NCBI GenBank assembly: GCA_964057225.1 | Contig: OZ059897.1 | Coordinates: forward strand, 10,726,001 to 10,790,000 | Direction: 5' to 3' | Length of the DNA: 64,000 bases | Origin: Auanema rhodensis | Lineage: Eukaryota > Animalia > Nematoda | Shown here: positions 1-14,678 of the stretch, one piece after another | How the letters are laid out: each line of letters starts with the position of its first letter | Position numbering within the stretch: position 1 is the first letter of the stretch | The notes under the pieces: model-generated | Told to the model about the DNA's origin: nothing | Databases searched by the model: none | Seen by the model: the letters and a program-made list of their open reading frames with translations, nothing else | Program-made: the position numbers and the translations under genes

Positions 1-182
1 AAGTTCTAACAATTATCGTTTTAATCACGTTCAATCAACTGTATTGTTTTCAAAAATAAAGACATCTTTCAATTTCTGGTCATTGAATTAGAATTTTCAT
101 GTTGTCACACAGAAAATGGAAAAATCTTAGTTCAATTCAGTAACAACGAACACACTAACTTTGTTAAGTTGTTGTAATATCG

Positions 183-254
183 GCCCAAGTAATATAGTGG
201 TTAGTACTCCACGTTGTGGCCGTGGCGACACAGATTCGATTCCTGTTTTGGGCA
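183..254 (+). tRNA. Variant tRNA-His(GTG) copy (G10A, G53A, C66T), possibly non-functional
   Basis: Same cloverleaf as the consensus, but reads GTAATATAG in the A-box, ACAGATTCG in the B-box and CTGTTTTGGG in the acceptor 3' strand. Confidence 0.8.
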
Positions 255-514
255 TTTTTTGTTTTGAAATTTAAATGCTATAAACATATTGCTTGCTTGT
301 CATGTTAGATTTGTTTATTTCAAATACTTATTTAAGTTCTATCAATTTTCGATTTAATCACGTTCAATCAACTGTATTGTTTTCAAAAATAAAGACATCT
401 TTCAATTTCTGGTCATTGAATTAGAATTTTCATGTTGTCACACAGAAATTGAAGAATCTTAGTTCATTTCAGTAACAATGAACACACTAACTTTGTTAAG
501 TTGTTGTAATATCG

Positions 515-586
515 GCCCAAGTAGTATAGTGGTTAGTACTCCACGTTGTGGCCGTGGCGACACAGGTTCGATTCCTGTCTTGGGCA
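515..586 (+). tRNA. tRNA-His(GTG), representative canonical copy of the array unit
   Basis: Acceptor stem GCCCAAG/CTTGGGC plus A73; D-arm GTAT-AGTGGTTA-GTAC; anticodon arm CCACG-TTGTGGC-CGTGG; T-arm ACAGG-TTCGATT-CCTGT; no encoded CCA; G at -1. Confidence 0.97.
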
Positions 587-592
587 TTTTTT
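587..592 (+). terminator. RNA polymerase III oligo-T terminator (repeated after each tRNA copy)
   Basis: TTTTTT immediately after the discriminator base, followed by GTTTT. Confidence 0.9.
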
Positions 593-3500
593 GTTTTGAA
601 ATTTAAATGCTATAAACATATTGCTTGCTTGTCATGTTAGATTTCTTCAATTTGAATACTTATTCAAGTTATAACAATTTTTGATTTAATCACGTTCAAT
701 TAACTGTATTGTTTTCAAAAATAAAGACATCTTTCAATTTCTGGTCTTTGAATTAGAATTTTCATGTTGTCACACAGAAATTGAAGAATCTTAGTTCATT
801 TCAGTAACAATGAACACACTAACTTTGTTAAGTTGTTGTAATATCGGCCCAAGTAGTATGGTGGTTAGTACTCCACGTTGTGGCCGTGGCGACACAGATT
901 CGATTCCTGTCTTGGGCATTTTTTGTTTTGAAATTAAAGTGCTATAAACATATTGCTTGCTTGTCATGTTAGATTTGTTTAATCCAAATACTTATTTAAG
1001 TTCTATCAATTTTCGATTTAATCACGTTCAATCAACTGTATTGTTTTCAAAAATAAAGACATCTTTCAATTTCTGGTCATTGAATTAGAATTTTCATGTT
1101 GTCACACAGAAATTGAAGAATCTTAGTTCATTTCAGTAACAATGAACACACTAACTTTGTTAAGTTGTTGTAATATCGGCCCAAGTAGTATAGTGGTTAG
1201 TACTCCACGTTGTGGCCGTGGCAACACAGGTTCGATTCCTGTCTTGGGCATTTTTTGTTTTGAAATTTAAATGCTACAAAATTATTGCTTGCTTGTCATG
1301 TTAGATTTGTTTAATTCAAATACTTATTTAAGTTCTAACAATTATCGATTTAATCACGTTCAATCAACTGTATTGTTTTCAAAAATAAAGACATCTTTCA
1401 ATTTCTGGTCATTGAATTAGAATTTTCATGTTGTCACACAGAAATTGAAGAATCTTAGTTCATTTCAGTAACAATGAACACACTAACTTTGTTAAGTTGT
1501 TGTAATATCGGCCCAAGTAGTATGGTGGTTAGTACTCCACGTTGTGGCCGTGGCGACACAGATTCGATTCCTGTCTTGGGCATTTTTTGTTTTGAAATTA
1601 AAGTGCTATAAACATATTGCTTGCTTGTCATGTTAGATTTGTTTAATCCAAATACTTATTTAAGTTCTATCAATTTTCGATTTAATCACGTTCAATCAAC
1701 TGTATTGTTTTCAAAAATAAAGACATCTTTCAATTTCTGGTCATTGAATTAGAATTTTCATGTTGTCACACAGAAATTGAAGAATCTTAGTTCATTTCAG
1801 TAACAATGAACACACTAACTTTGTTAAGTTGTTGTAATATCGGCCCAAGTAGTATAGTGGTTAGTACTCCACGTTGTGGCCGTGGCGACACAGGTTCGAT
1901 TCCTGTCTTGGGCATTTTTTGTTTTGAAATTTAAATGCTACAAAATTATTGCTTGCTTGTCATGTTAGATTTGTTTAATTCAAATACTTATTTAAGTTCT
2001 AACCATTTTTGATTTAATCACGTTCAATTAACTGTATTGTTTTCAAAAATAAAGACAAAATTCAATTTCTGTTCATTGAATTAGAATTTTCATGTTGTCA
2101 CCCAGAAATTGAAGATTCTTAGTTCAATTCAGTAACAATGAACACACTAACTTTGTTAAGTTGTTGTGATATCGGCCTAAGTAATATAGTGGTTAGTACT
2201 CCACGTTGTGGCCGTGGCGACACAGATTCGATTCCTGTCTTGGGCATTTTTTGTTTTGAAATTAAAATGCTACAAAATTATTGCTTGCTTGTCATGTTAG
2301 ATTTGTTTAATTCAAATACTTATTTAAGTTCTAACAATTATCGTTTTAATCACGTTCAATCAACTGTATTGTTTTCAAAAATAAAGACATCTTTCAATTT
2401 CTGGTCATTGAATTAGAATTTTCATGTTGTCACACAGAAAATGGAAAAATCTTAGTTCAATTCAGTAACAACGAACACACTAACTTTGTTAAGTTGTTGT
2501 AATATCGGCCCAAGTAATATAGTGGTTAGTACTCCACGTTGTGGCCGTGGCGACACACATTCGATTCCTGTTTTGGGCATTTTTTGTTTTGAAATTTAAA
2601 TGCTATAAACATATTGCTTGCTTGTCATGTTAGATTTGTTTATTTCAAATACTTATTTAAGTTCTATCAATTTTCGATTTAATCACGTTCAATCAACTGT
2701 ATTGTTTTCAAAAATAAAGACATCTTTCAATTTCTGGTCATTGAATTAGAATTTTCATGTTGTCACACAGAAATTGAAGAATCTTAGTTCATTTCAGTAA
2801 CAATGAACACACTAACTTTGTTAAGTTGTTGTAATATCGGCCCAAGTAGTATAGTGGTTAGTACTCCACGTTGTGGCCGTGGCGACACAGGTTCGATTCC
2901 TGTCTTGGGCATTTTTTGTTTTGAAATTTAAATGCTATAAAATTATTGCTTGCTTGTCATGTTAGATTTCTTCAATTTGAATACTTATTCAAGTTATAAC
3001 AATTTTTGATTTAATCACGTTCAATTAACTGTATTGTTTTCAAAAATAAAGACATCTTTCAATTTCTGGTCATTGAATTAGAATTTTCATGTTGTCACAC
3101 AGAAATTGAAGAATCCTAGTTCATTTCAGTAACAATGAACACACTAACTTTGTTAAGTTGTTGTAATATCGGCCCAAGTAGTATGGTGGTTAGTACTCCA
3201 CGTTGTGGCCGTGGCGACACAGGTTCGATTCCTGTCTTGGGCATTTTTTGTTTTGAAATTTAAATGCTATAAACATATTGCTTGCTTGTCATGTTAGATT
3301 TCTTCAATTTGAATACTTATTCAAGTTATAACAATTTTTGATTTAATCACGTTCAATTAACTGTATTGTTTTCAAAAATAAAGACATCTTTCAATTTCTG
3401 GTCATTGAATTAGAATTTTCATGTTGTCACACAGAAATTGAAGAATCTTAGTTCATTTCAGTAACAATGAACACACTAACTTTGTTAAGTTGTTGTAATA

Positions 3501-5496
3501 TCGGCCCAAGTAGTATAGTGGTTAGTACTCCACGTTGTGGCCGTGGCGACACAGGTTCGATTCCTGTCTTGGGCATTTTTTGTTTTGAAATTTAAATGCT
3601 ATAAACATATTGCTTGCTTGTCATGTTAGATTTCTTCAATTTGAATACTTATTCAAGTTATAACAATTTTTGATTTAATCACGTTCAATTAACTGTATTG
3701 TTTTCAAAAATAAAGACATCTTTCAATTTCTGGTCATTGAATTAGAATTTTCATGTTGTCACACAGAAATTGAAGAATCTTAGTTCATTTCAGTAACAAT
3801 GAACACACTAACTTTGTTAAGTTGTTGTAATATCGGCCCAAGTAGTATGGTGGTTAGTACTCCACGTTGTGGCCGTGGCGACACAGATTCGATTCCTGTC
3901 TTGGGCATTTTTTGTTTTGAAATTAAAGTGCTATAAACATATTGCTTGCTTGTCATGTTAGATTTGTTTAATCCAAATACTTATTTAAGTTCTATCAATT
4001 TTCGATTTAATCACGTTCAATCAACTGTATTGTTTTCAAAAATAAAGACATCTTTCAATTTCTGGTCATTGAATTAGAATTTTCATGTTGTCACACAGAA
4101 ATTGAAGAATCTTAGTTCATTTCAGTAACAATGAACACACTAACTTTGTTAAGTTGTTGTAATATCGGCCCAAGTAGTATAGTGGTTAGTACTCCACGTT
4201 GTGGCCGTGGCGACACAGGTTCGATTCCTGTCTTGGGCATTTTTTGTTTTGAAATTTAAATGCTACAAAATTATTGCTTGCTTGTCATGTTAGATTTGTT
4301 TAATTCAAATACTTATTTAAGTTCTAACAATTATCGTTTTAATCACGTTCAATCAACTGTATTGTTTTCAAAAATAAAGACATCTTTCAATTTCTGGTCA
4401 TTGAATTAGAATTTTCATGTTGTCACACAGAAAATGGAAAAATCTTAGTTCAATTCAGTAACAACGAACACACTAACTTTGTTAAGTTGTTGTAATATCG
4501 GCCCGAGTAATATAGTGGTTAGTACTCCACGTTGTGGCCGTGGCGACACAGATTCGATTCCTGTTTTGGGCATTTTTTGTTTTGAAATTTAAATGCTATA
4601 AACATATTGCTTGCTTGTCATGTTAGATTTGTTTATTTCAAATACTTATTTAAGTTCTATCAATTTTCGATTTAATCACGTTCAATCAACTGTATTGTTT
4701 TCAAAAATAAAGACATCTTTCAATTTCTGGTCATTGAATTAGAATTTTCATGTTGTCACACAGAAATTGAAGAATCTTAGTTCATTTCAGTAACAATGAA
4801 CACACTAACTTTGTTAAGTTGTTGTAATATTGGCCCAAGTAGTATAGTGATTAGTACTCCACGTTGTGGCCGTGGCGACACAGGTTCGATTCCTGTCTTG
4901 GGCATTTTTTGTTTTGAAATTTAAATGCTATAAAATTATTGCTTGCTTGTCATGTTAGATTTGTTTAATTCAAATACTTATTTAAGTTCTAACCATTTTT
5001 GATTTAATCACGTTCAATTAACTGTATTGTTTTCAAAAATAAAGACAAAATTCAATTTCTGTTCATTGAATTAGAATTTTCATGTTGTCACACAGAAATT
5101 GAAGAATCTTAGTTCATTTCAGTAACAATGAACACACTAACTTTGTTAAGTTGTTGTAATATCGGCCCAAGTAGTATGGTGGTTAGTACTCCACGTTGTG
5201 GCCGTGGCGACACAGATTCGATTCCTGTCTTGGGCATTTTTTGTTTTGAAATTAAAGTGCTATAAACATATTGCTTGCTTGTCATGTTAGATTTGTTTAA
5301 TCCAAATACTTATTTAAGTTCTATCAATTTTCGATTTAATCACGTTCAATCAACTGTATTGTTTTCAAAAATAAAGACATCTTTCAATTTCTGGTCATTG
5401 AATTAGAATTTTCATGTTGTCACACAGAAATTGAAGAATCTTAGTTCATTTCAGTAACAATGAACACACTAACTTTGTTAAGTTGTTGTAATATTG

Positions 5497-5568
5497 GCCC
5501 AAGTAGTATAGTGATTAGTACTCCACGTTTTGGCCGTGGCGACACAGGTTCGATTCCTGTCTTGGGCA
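5497..5568 (+). tRNA. His-bodied tRNA copy with anticodon TTG (Gln) and G19A
   Basis: Reads CCACG-TT-TTG-GC-CGTGG with the anticodon at 5530-5532. B-box is intact; D-loop reads GTGATT. Confidence 0.75.
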
Positions 5569-8500
5569 TTTTTTGTTTTGAAATTTAAATGCTATAAAAT
5601 TATTGCTTGCTTGTCATGTTAGATTTGTTTAATTCAAATACTTATTTAAGTTCTAACCATTTTTGATTTAATCACGTTCAATTAACTGTATTGTTTTCAA
5701 AAATAAAGACAAAATTCAATTTCTGTTCATTGAATTAGAATTTTCATGTTGTCACCCAGAAATTGAAGATTCTTAGTTCAATTCAGTAACAATGAACACA
5801 CTAACTTTGTTAAGTTGTTGTGATATCGGCCTAAGTAATATAGTGGTTAGTACTCCACGTTGTGGCCGTGGCGACACAGATTCGATTCCTGTCTTGGGCA
5901 TTTTTTGTTTTGAAATTGAAATGCTACAAAATTATTGCTTGCTTGTCATGTTAGATTTGTTTAATTCAAATACTTATTTAAGTTCTAACAATTATCGTTT
6001 TAATCACGTTCAATCAACTGTATTGTTTTCAAAAATAAAGACATCTTTCAATTTCTGGTCATTGAATTAGAATTTTCATGTTGTCACACAGAAAATGGAA
6101 AAATCTTAGTTCAATTCAGTAACAACGAACACACTAACTTTGTTAAGTTGTTGTAATATCGGCCCAAGTAATATAGTGGTTAGTACTCCACGTTGTGGCC
6201 GTGGCGACACAGATTCGATTCCTGTTTTGGGCATTTTTTGTTTTGAAATTTAAATGCTATAAACATATTGCTTGCTTGTCATGTTAGATTTGTTTATTTC
6301 AAATACTTATTTAAGTTCTATCAATTTTCGATTTAATCACGTTCAATCAACTGTATTGTTTTCAAAAATAAAGACATCTTTCAATTTCTGGTCATTGAAT
6401 TAGAATTTTCATGTTGTCACACAGAAATTGAAGAATCTTAGTTCATTTCAGTAACAATGAACACACTAACTTTGTTAAGTTGTTGTAATATCGGCCCAAG
6501 TAGTATAGTGGTTAGTACTCCACGTTGTGGCCGTGGCGACACAGGTTCGATTCCTGTCTTGGGCATTTTTTGTTTTGAAATTTAAATGCTATAAACATAT
6601 TGCTTGCTTGTCATGTTAGATTTCTTCAATTTGAATACTTATTCAAGTTATAACAATTTTTGATTTAATCACGTTCAATTAACTGTATTGTTTTCAAAAA
6701 TAAAGACATCTTTCAATTTCTGGTCTTTGAATTAGAATTTTCATGTTGTCACACAGAAATTGAAGAATCTTAGTTCATTTCAGTAACAATGAACACACTA
6801 ACTTTGTTAAGTTGTTGTAATATCGGCCCAAGTAGTATGGTGGTTAGTACTCCACGTTGTGGCCGTGGCGACACAGATTCGATTCCTGTCTTGGGCATTT
6901 TTTGTTTTGAAATTAAAGTGCTATAAACATATTGCTTGCTTGTCATGTTAGATTTGTTTAATCCAAATACTTATTTAAGTTCTATCAATTTTCGATTTAA
7001 TCACGTTCAATCAACTGTATTGTTTTCAAAAATAAAGACATCTTTCAATTTCTGGTCATTGAATTAGAATTTTCATGTTGTCACACAGAAATTGAAGAAT
7101 CTTAGTTCATTTCAGTAACAATGAACACACTAACTTTGTTAAGTTGTTGTAATATCGGCCCAAGTAGTATAGTGGTTAGTACTCCACGTTGTGGCCGTGG
7201 CAACACAGGTTCGATTCCTGTCTTGGGCATTTTTTGTTTTGAAATTTAAATGCTACAAAATTATTGCTTGCTTGTCATGTTAGATTTGTTTAATTCAAAT
7301 ACTTATTTAAGTTCTAACAATTATCGATTTAATCACGTTCAATCAACTGTATTGTTTTCAAAAATAAAGACATCTTTCAATTTCTGGTCATTGAATTAGA
7401 ATTTTCATGTTGTCACACAGAAAATGGAAAAATCTTAGTTCAATTCAGTAACAACGAACACACTAACTTTGTTAAGTTGTTGTAATATCGGCCCGAGTAA
7501 TATAGTGGTTAGTACTCCACGTTGTGGCCGTGGCGACACAGATTCGATTCCTGTTTTGGGCATTTTTTGTTTTGAAATTTAAATGCTATAAACATATTGC
7601 TTGCTTGTCATGTTAGATTTGTTTATTTCAAATACTTATTTAAGTTCTATCAATTTTCGATTTAATCACGTTCAATCAACTGTATTGTTTTCAAAAATAA
7701 AGACATCTTTCAATTTCTGGTCATTGAATTAGAATTTTCATGTTGTCACACAGAAATTGAAGAATCTTAGTTCATTTCAGTAACAATGAACACACTAACT
7801 TTGTTAAGTTGTTGTAATATCGGCCCAAGTAGTATAGTGGTTAGTACTCCACGTTGTGGCCGTGGCGACACAGGTTCGATTCCTGTCTTGGGCATTTTTT
7901 GTTTTGAAATTTAAATGCTATAAACATATTGCTTGCTTGTCATGTTAGATTTCTTCAATTTGAATACTTATTCAAGTTATAACAATTTTTGATTTAATCA
8001 CGTTCAATTAACTGTATTGTTTTCAAAAATAAAGACATCTTTCAATTTCTGGTCATTGAATTAGAATTTTCATGTTGTCACACAGAAATTGAAGAATCTT
8101 AGTTCATTTCAGTAACAATGAACACACTAACTTTGTTAAGTTGTTGTAATATCGGCCCAAGTAGTATGGTGGTTAGTACTCCACGTTGTGGCCGTGGCGA
8201 CACAGATTCGATTCCAGTCTTGGGCATTTTTTGTTTTGAAATTAAAGTGCTATAAACATATTGCTTGCTTGTCATGTTAGATTTGTTTAATCCAAATACT
8301 TATTTAAGTTCTATCAATTTTCGATTTAATCACGTTCAATCAACTGTATTGTTTTCAAAAATAAAGACATCTTTCAATTTCTGGTCATTGAATTAGAATT
8401 TTCATGTTGTCACACAGAAATTGAAGAATCTTAGTTCATTTCAGTAACAATGAACACACTAACTTTGTTAAGTTGTTGTAATATCGGCCCAAGTAGTATA

Positions 8501-11500
8501 GTGCTTAGTACTCCACGTTGTGGCCGTGGCGACACAGGTTCGATTCCTGTCTTGGGCATTTTTTGTTTTGAAATTTAAATGCTACAAAATTATTGCTTGC
8601 TTGTCATGTTAGATTTGTTTAATTCAAATACTTATTTAAGTTCTAACAATTATCGTTTTAATCACGTTCAATCAACTGTATTGTTTTCAAAAATAAAGAC
8701 ATCTTTCAATTTCTGGTCATTGAATTAGAATTTTCATGTTGTCACACAGAAAATGGAAAAATCTTAGTTCAATTCAGTAACAACGAACACACTAACTTTG
8801 TTAAGTTGTTGTAATATCGGCCCGAGTAATATAGTGGTTAGTACTCCACGTTGTGGCCGTGGCGACACAGATTCGATTCCTGTTTTGGGCATTTTTTGTT
8901 TTGAAATTTAAATGCTATAAACATATTGCTTGCTTGTCATGTTAGATTTGTTTATTTCAAATACTTATTTAAGTTCTATCAATTTTCGATTTAATCACGT
9001 TCAATCAACTGTATTGTTTTCAAAAATAAAGACATCTTTCAATTTCTGGTCATTGAATTAGAATTTTCATGTTGTCACACAGAAAATGGAAAAATCTTAG
9101 TTCAATTCAGTAACAACGAACACACTAACTTTGTTAAGTTGTTGTAATATCGGCCCGAGTAATATAGTGGTTAGTACTCCACGTTGTGGCCGTGGCGACA
9201 CAGATTCGATTCCTGTTTTGGGCATTTTTTGTTTTGAAATTTAAATGCTATAAACATATTGCTTGCTTGTCATGTTAGATTTGTTTAATCCAAATACTTA
9301 TTTAAGTTCTATCAATTTTCGATTTAATCACGTTCAATCAACTGTATTGTTTTCAAAAATAAAGACATCTTTCAATTTCTGGTCATTGAATTAGAATTTT
9401 CATGTTGTCACACAGAAATTGAAGAATCTTAGTTCATTTCAGTAACAATGAACACACTAACTTTGTTAAGTTGTTGTAATATCGGCCCAAGTAGTATGGT
9501 GGTTAGTACTCCACGTTGTGGCCGTGGCGACACAGATTCGATTCCTGTCTTGGGCATTTTTTGTTTTGAAATTAAAGTGCTATAAACATATTGCTTGCTT
9601 GTCATGTTAGATTTGTTTAATCCAAATACTTATTTAAGTTCTATCAATTTTCGATTTAATCACGTTCAATCAACTGTATTGTTTTCAAAAATAAAGACAT
9701 CTTTCAATTTCTGGTCATTGAATTAGAATTTTCATGTTGTCACACAGAAATTGAAGAATCTTAGTTCATTTCAGTAACAATGAACACACTAACTTTGTTA
9801 AGTTGTTGTAATATCGGCCCAAGTAGTATAGTGCTTAGTACTCCACGTTGTGGCCGTGGCGACACAGGTTCGATTCCTGTCTTGGGCATTTTTTGTTTTG
9901 AAATTTAAATGCTACAAAATTATTGCTTGCTTGTCATGTTAGATTTGTTTAATTCAAATACTTATTTAAGTTCTAACAATTATCGTTTTAATCACGTTCA
10001 ATCAACTGTATTGTTTTCAAAAATAAAGACATCTTTCAATTTCTGGTCATTGAATTAGAATTTTCATGTTGTCACACAGAAAATGGAAAAATCTTAGTTC
10101 AATTCAGTAACAACGAACACACTAACTTTGTTAAGTTGTTGTAATATCGGCCCGAGTAATATAGTGGTTAGTACTCCACGTTGTGGCCGTGGCGACACAG
10201 ATTCGATTCCTGTTTTGGGCATTTTTTGTTTTGAAATTTAAATGCTATAAACATATTGCTTGCTTGTCATGTTAGATTTGTTTATTTCAAATACTTATTT
10301 AAGTTCTATCAATTTTCGATTTAATCACGTTCAATCAACTGTATTGTTTTCAAAAATAAAGACATCTTTCAATTTCTGGTCATTGAATTAGAATTTTCAT
10401 GTTGTCACACAGAAATTGAAGAATCTTAGTTCATTTCAGTAACAATGAACACACTAACTTTGTTAAGTTGTTGTAATATCGGCCCAAGTAGTATAGTGGT
10501 TAGTACTCCACGTTGTGGCCGTGGCGACACAGATTCGATTCCTGTCTTGGGCATTTTTTGTTTTGAAATTTAAATGCTATAAACATATTGCTTGCTTGTC
10601 ATGTTAGATTTCTTCAATTTGAATACTTATTCAAGTTATAACAATTTTTGATTTAATCACGTTCAATTAACTGTATTGTTTTCAAAAATAAAGACATCTT
10701 TCAATTTCTGGTCATTGAATTAGAATTTTCATGTTGTCACACAGAAATTGAAGAATCTTAGTTCATTTCAGTAACAATGAACACACTAACTTTGTTAAGT
10801 TGTTGTAATATCGGCCCAAGTAGTATGGTGGTTAGTACTCCACGTTGTGGCCGTGGCGACACAGATTCGATTCCTGTCTTGGGCATTTTTTGTTTTGAAA
10901 TTAAAGTGCTATAAACATATTGCTTGCTTGTCATGTTAGATTTGTTTAATTCAAATACTTATTTAAGTTCTATCAATTTTTGATTTAATCACGTTCAATT
11001 AACTGTATTGTTTTCAAAAATAAAGACAAAATTCAATTTCTGTTCATTGAATTAGAATTTTCATGTTGTCACACAGAAATTGAAGAATCTTAGTTCATTT
11101 CAGTAACAATGAACACATTAACTTTGTTAAGTTGTTGTAATATCGGCCCAAGTAGTATAGTGGTTAGTACTCCACGTTGTGGCCGTGGCGACACAGGTTC
11201 AATTCCTGTCTTGGGCATTTTTTGTTTTGAAATTAAAATGCTATAAACATATTGCTTGCTTGTCATGTTAGATTTGTTTAATTCAAATACTTATTTAAGT
11301 TCTAACAATTTTTGATTTAATCACGTTCAATTAACAGTATTGTTTTCAAAAATGAAGACATCTTTCAATTTTTGGTCATTGATTAGAATTTTCATGTTGT
11401 CACACAGAAATTGAAGAATCTTAGTTCATTTCAGTAACAATGAACACACTAACTTTGTTAAGTTGTTGTAATATCGGCCCAAGTAGTATAGTGGTTAGTA

Positions 11501-14500
11501 CTCCACGTTGTGGCCGTGGCGACACAGGTTCGATTCCTGTCTTGGGCATTTTTTGTTTTGAAATTTAAATGCTATAAAATTATTGCTTGCTTGTCATGTT
11601 AGATTTGTTTAATTCAAATACTTATTTAATTTCTAACAATTTTTGATTTAATCACGTTCAACTAACTGTATTGTTTTCAAAAATAAAGACATCTTTCAAT
11701 TTCTGGTCATTGAATTAGAATTTTCATGTTGTCACACAGGAAATGAAGAATCTTAGTTCATTTCAGTAACAATGAACACACTAACTTTGTTAAGTTGTTG
11801 TAATATCGGCCCAAGTAGTATAGTGGTTAGTACTCCACGTTGTGGCCGTGGCGACACAGGTTCGATTCCTGTCTTGGGCATTTTTTGTTTTGAAATTTGA
11901 ATGCTATAAACATATTGCTTGCTTGTCTTGTTAGATTTGTTTAATTCAAATACTTATTTAAGTTCTAACAATTTTCGATTTAATCACGTTCAATCAACTA
12001 TATTGTTTTCAAAAATGAAGACATCTTTCAATTTTTGGTCATTGATTAGAATTTTCATGTTGTCACACAGAAATTGAAGAATCTTAGTTCATTTCAGTAA
12101 CAATGAACACACTAACTTTGTTAAGTTGTTGTAATATCGGCCCAAGTAGTATAGTGGTTAGTACTCCACGTTGTGGCCGTGGCGACACAGGTTCGATTCC
12201 TGTCTTGGGCATTTTTTGTTTTGAAATTTAAATGCTATAAAATTATTGCTTGCTTGTCATGTTAGGTTTGTTTAATTCAAATACTTATTTAAGTTCTAAC
12301 AATTTTTGATTTAATCACGTTCAATTAACTGTATTGTTTTCAAAAATAAAGACATCTTTCAATTTCTGGTCATTGAATTAGAATTTTCATGTTGTCACAC
12401 AGGAAATGAAGAATCTTAGTTCATTTCAGTAACAATGAACACAATAATTTTGTTTAGTTTGTAATACCGGCCCAAGTAGTATAGTGGTTAGTACTCCACG
12501 TTGTGGCCGTGGCGACACAGGTTCGATTCCTGTCTTGGGCATTTTTTGTTTTGAAATTTAAATGCTATAAAATTATTGCTTGCTTGTCATGTTAGATTTG
12601 TTTAATTCAAATACTTATTTAAGTTCTAACAATTTTTGATTTAATGACGTTCAATTAACTGTATTGTTTTCAAAAATAAAGACATCTTTCAATTTCTGGT
12701 CATTGAATTAGAATTTTCATGTTGTCACACAGGAAATGAAGAATCTTAGTTCATTTCAGTAACAATGAACACACTAACTTTGTTAAGTTGTTGTAATATC
12801 GGCCCAAGTAGTATAGTGGTTAGTACTCCACGTTGTGGCCGTGGCGACACAGGTTCGATTCCTGTCTTGGGCATTTTTTGTTTTGAAATTTAAATGCTAT
12901 AAAATTATTGCTTGCTTGTCATGTTAGATTTGTTTAATTCAAATACTTATTTAATTTCTAACAATTTTTGATTTAATCACGTTCAACTAACTGTATTGTT
13001 TTCAAAAATAAAGACATCTTTCAATTTCTGGTCATTGAATTAGAATTTTCATGTTGTCACACAGGAAATGAAGAATCTTAGTTCATTTCAGTAACAATGA
13101 ACACACTAACTTTGTTAAGTTGTTGTAATATCGGCCCAAGTAGTATAGTGGTTAGTACTCCACGTTGTGGCCGTGGCGACACAGGTTCGATTCCTGTCTT
13201 GGGCATTTTTTGTTTTGAAATTTGAATGCTATAAACATATTGCTAACTTGTCTTGTTAGATTTGTTTAATTCAAATACTTATTTAAGTTCTAACAATTTT
13301 CGATTTAATCACGTTCAATCAACTATATTGTTTTCAAAAATGAAGACATCTTTCAATTTTTGGTCATTGATTAGAATTTTCATGTTGTCACACAGAAATT
13401 GAAGAATCTTAGTTCATTTCAGTAACAATGAACACACTAACTTTGTTAAGTTGTTGTAATATCGGCCCAAGTAGTATAGTGGTTAGTACTCCACGTTGTG
13501 GCCGTGGCGACACAGGTTCGATTCCTGTCTTGGGCATTTTTTGTTTTGAAATTTAAATGCTATAAAATTATTGCTTGCTTGTCATGTTAGGTTTGTTTAA
13601 TTCAAATACTTATTTAAGTTCTAACAATTTTTGATTTAATCACGTTCAATTAACTGTATTGTTTTCAAAAATAAAGACATCTTTCAATTTCTGGTCATTG
13701 AATTAGAATTTTCATGTTGTCACACAGGAAATGAAGAATCTTAGTTCATTTCAGTAACAATGAACACAATAATTTTGTTTAGTTTGTAATACCGGCCCAA
13801 GTAGTATAGTGGTTAGTACTCCACGTTGTGGCCGTGGCGACACAGGTTCGATTCCTGTCTTGGGCATTTTTTGTTTTGAAATTTAAATGCTATAAAATTA
13901 TTGCTTGCTTGTCATGTTAGATTTGTTTAATTCAAATACTTATTTAAGTTCTAACAATTTTTGATTTAATGACGTTCAATTAACTGTATTGTTTTCAAAA
14001 ATAAAGACATCTTTCAATTTCTGGTCATTGAATTAGAATTTTCATGTTGTCACACAGGAAATGAAGAATCTTAGTTCATTTCAGTAACAATGAACACACT
14101 AACTTTGTTAAGTTGTTGTAATATCGGCCCAAGTAGTATAGTGGTTAGTACTCCACGTTGTGGCCGTGGCGACACAGGTTCGATTCCTGTCTTGGGCATT
14201 TTTTGTTTTGAAATTTAAATGCTATAAAATTATTGCTTGCTTGTCATGTTAGATTTGTTTAATTCAAATACTTATTTAATTTCTAACAATTTTTGATTTA
14301 ATCACGTTCAACTAACTGTATTGTTTTCAAAAATAAAGACATCTTTCAATTTCTGGTCATTGAATTAGAATTTTCATGTTGTCACACAGGAAATGAAGAA
14401 TCTTAGTTCATTTCAGTAACAATGAACACACTAACTTTGTTAAGTTGTTGTAATATCGGCCCAAGTAGTATAGTGGTTAGTACTCCACGTTGTGGCCGTG

Positions 14501-14678
14501 GCGACACAGGTTCGATTCCTGTCTTGGGCATTTTTTGTTTTGAAATTTGAATGCTATAAACATATTGCTTGCTTGTCTTGTTAGATTTGTTTAATTCAAA
14601 TACTTATTTAAGTTCTAACAATTTTCGATTTAATCACGTTCAATCAACTATATTGTTTTCAAAAATGAAGACATCTTT

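Larger units (their letters stand above)
1..14678 (+). repeat. Tandem tRNA-His(GTG) gene array, segment 1 (~44 units of ~332 bp; runs off the left edge)
   Basis: tRNA starts recur at 183, 515, ... 14459 with period 330-333 bp. The AT-rich spacers are nearly identical between units. Confidence 0.98.

Noticed and set aside
103-109. Spacer TGTCACA equals the element 1 LTR terminus
   Set aside because: A 7-nt match is expected by chance and it is not at the insertion site.
2138-2416. Repeated 92-105 aa ORFs (also 5792, 48390, 51046, 52706)
   Set aside because: They read through the tRNA and spacer and are open only in units where chance substitutions remove stops. There is no protein-like signal.
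1-14678. CRISPR-like repeat-spacer appearance
   Set aside because: The spacers are near-identical, the repeat is a tRNA gene, there are no cas genes and the context is eukaryotic.
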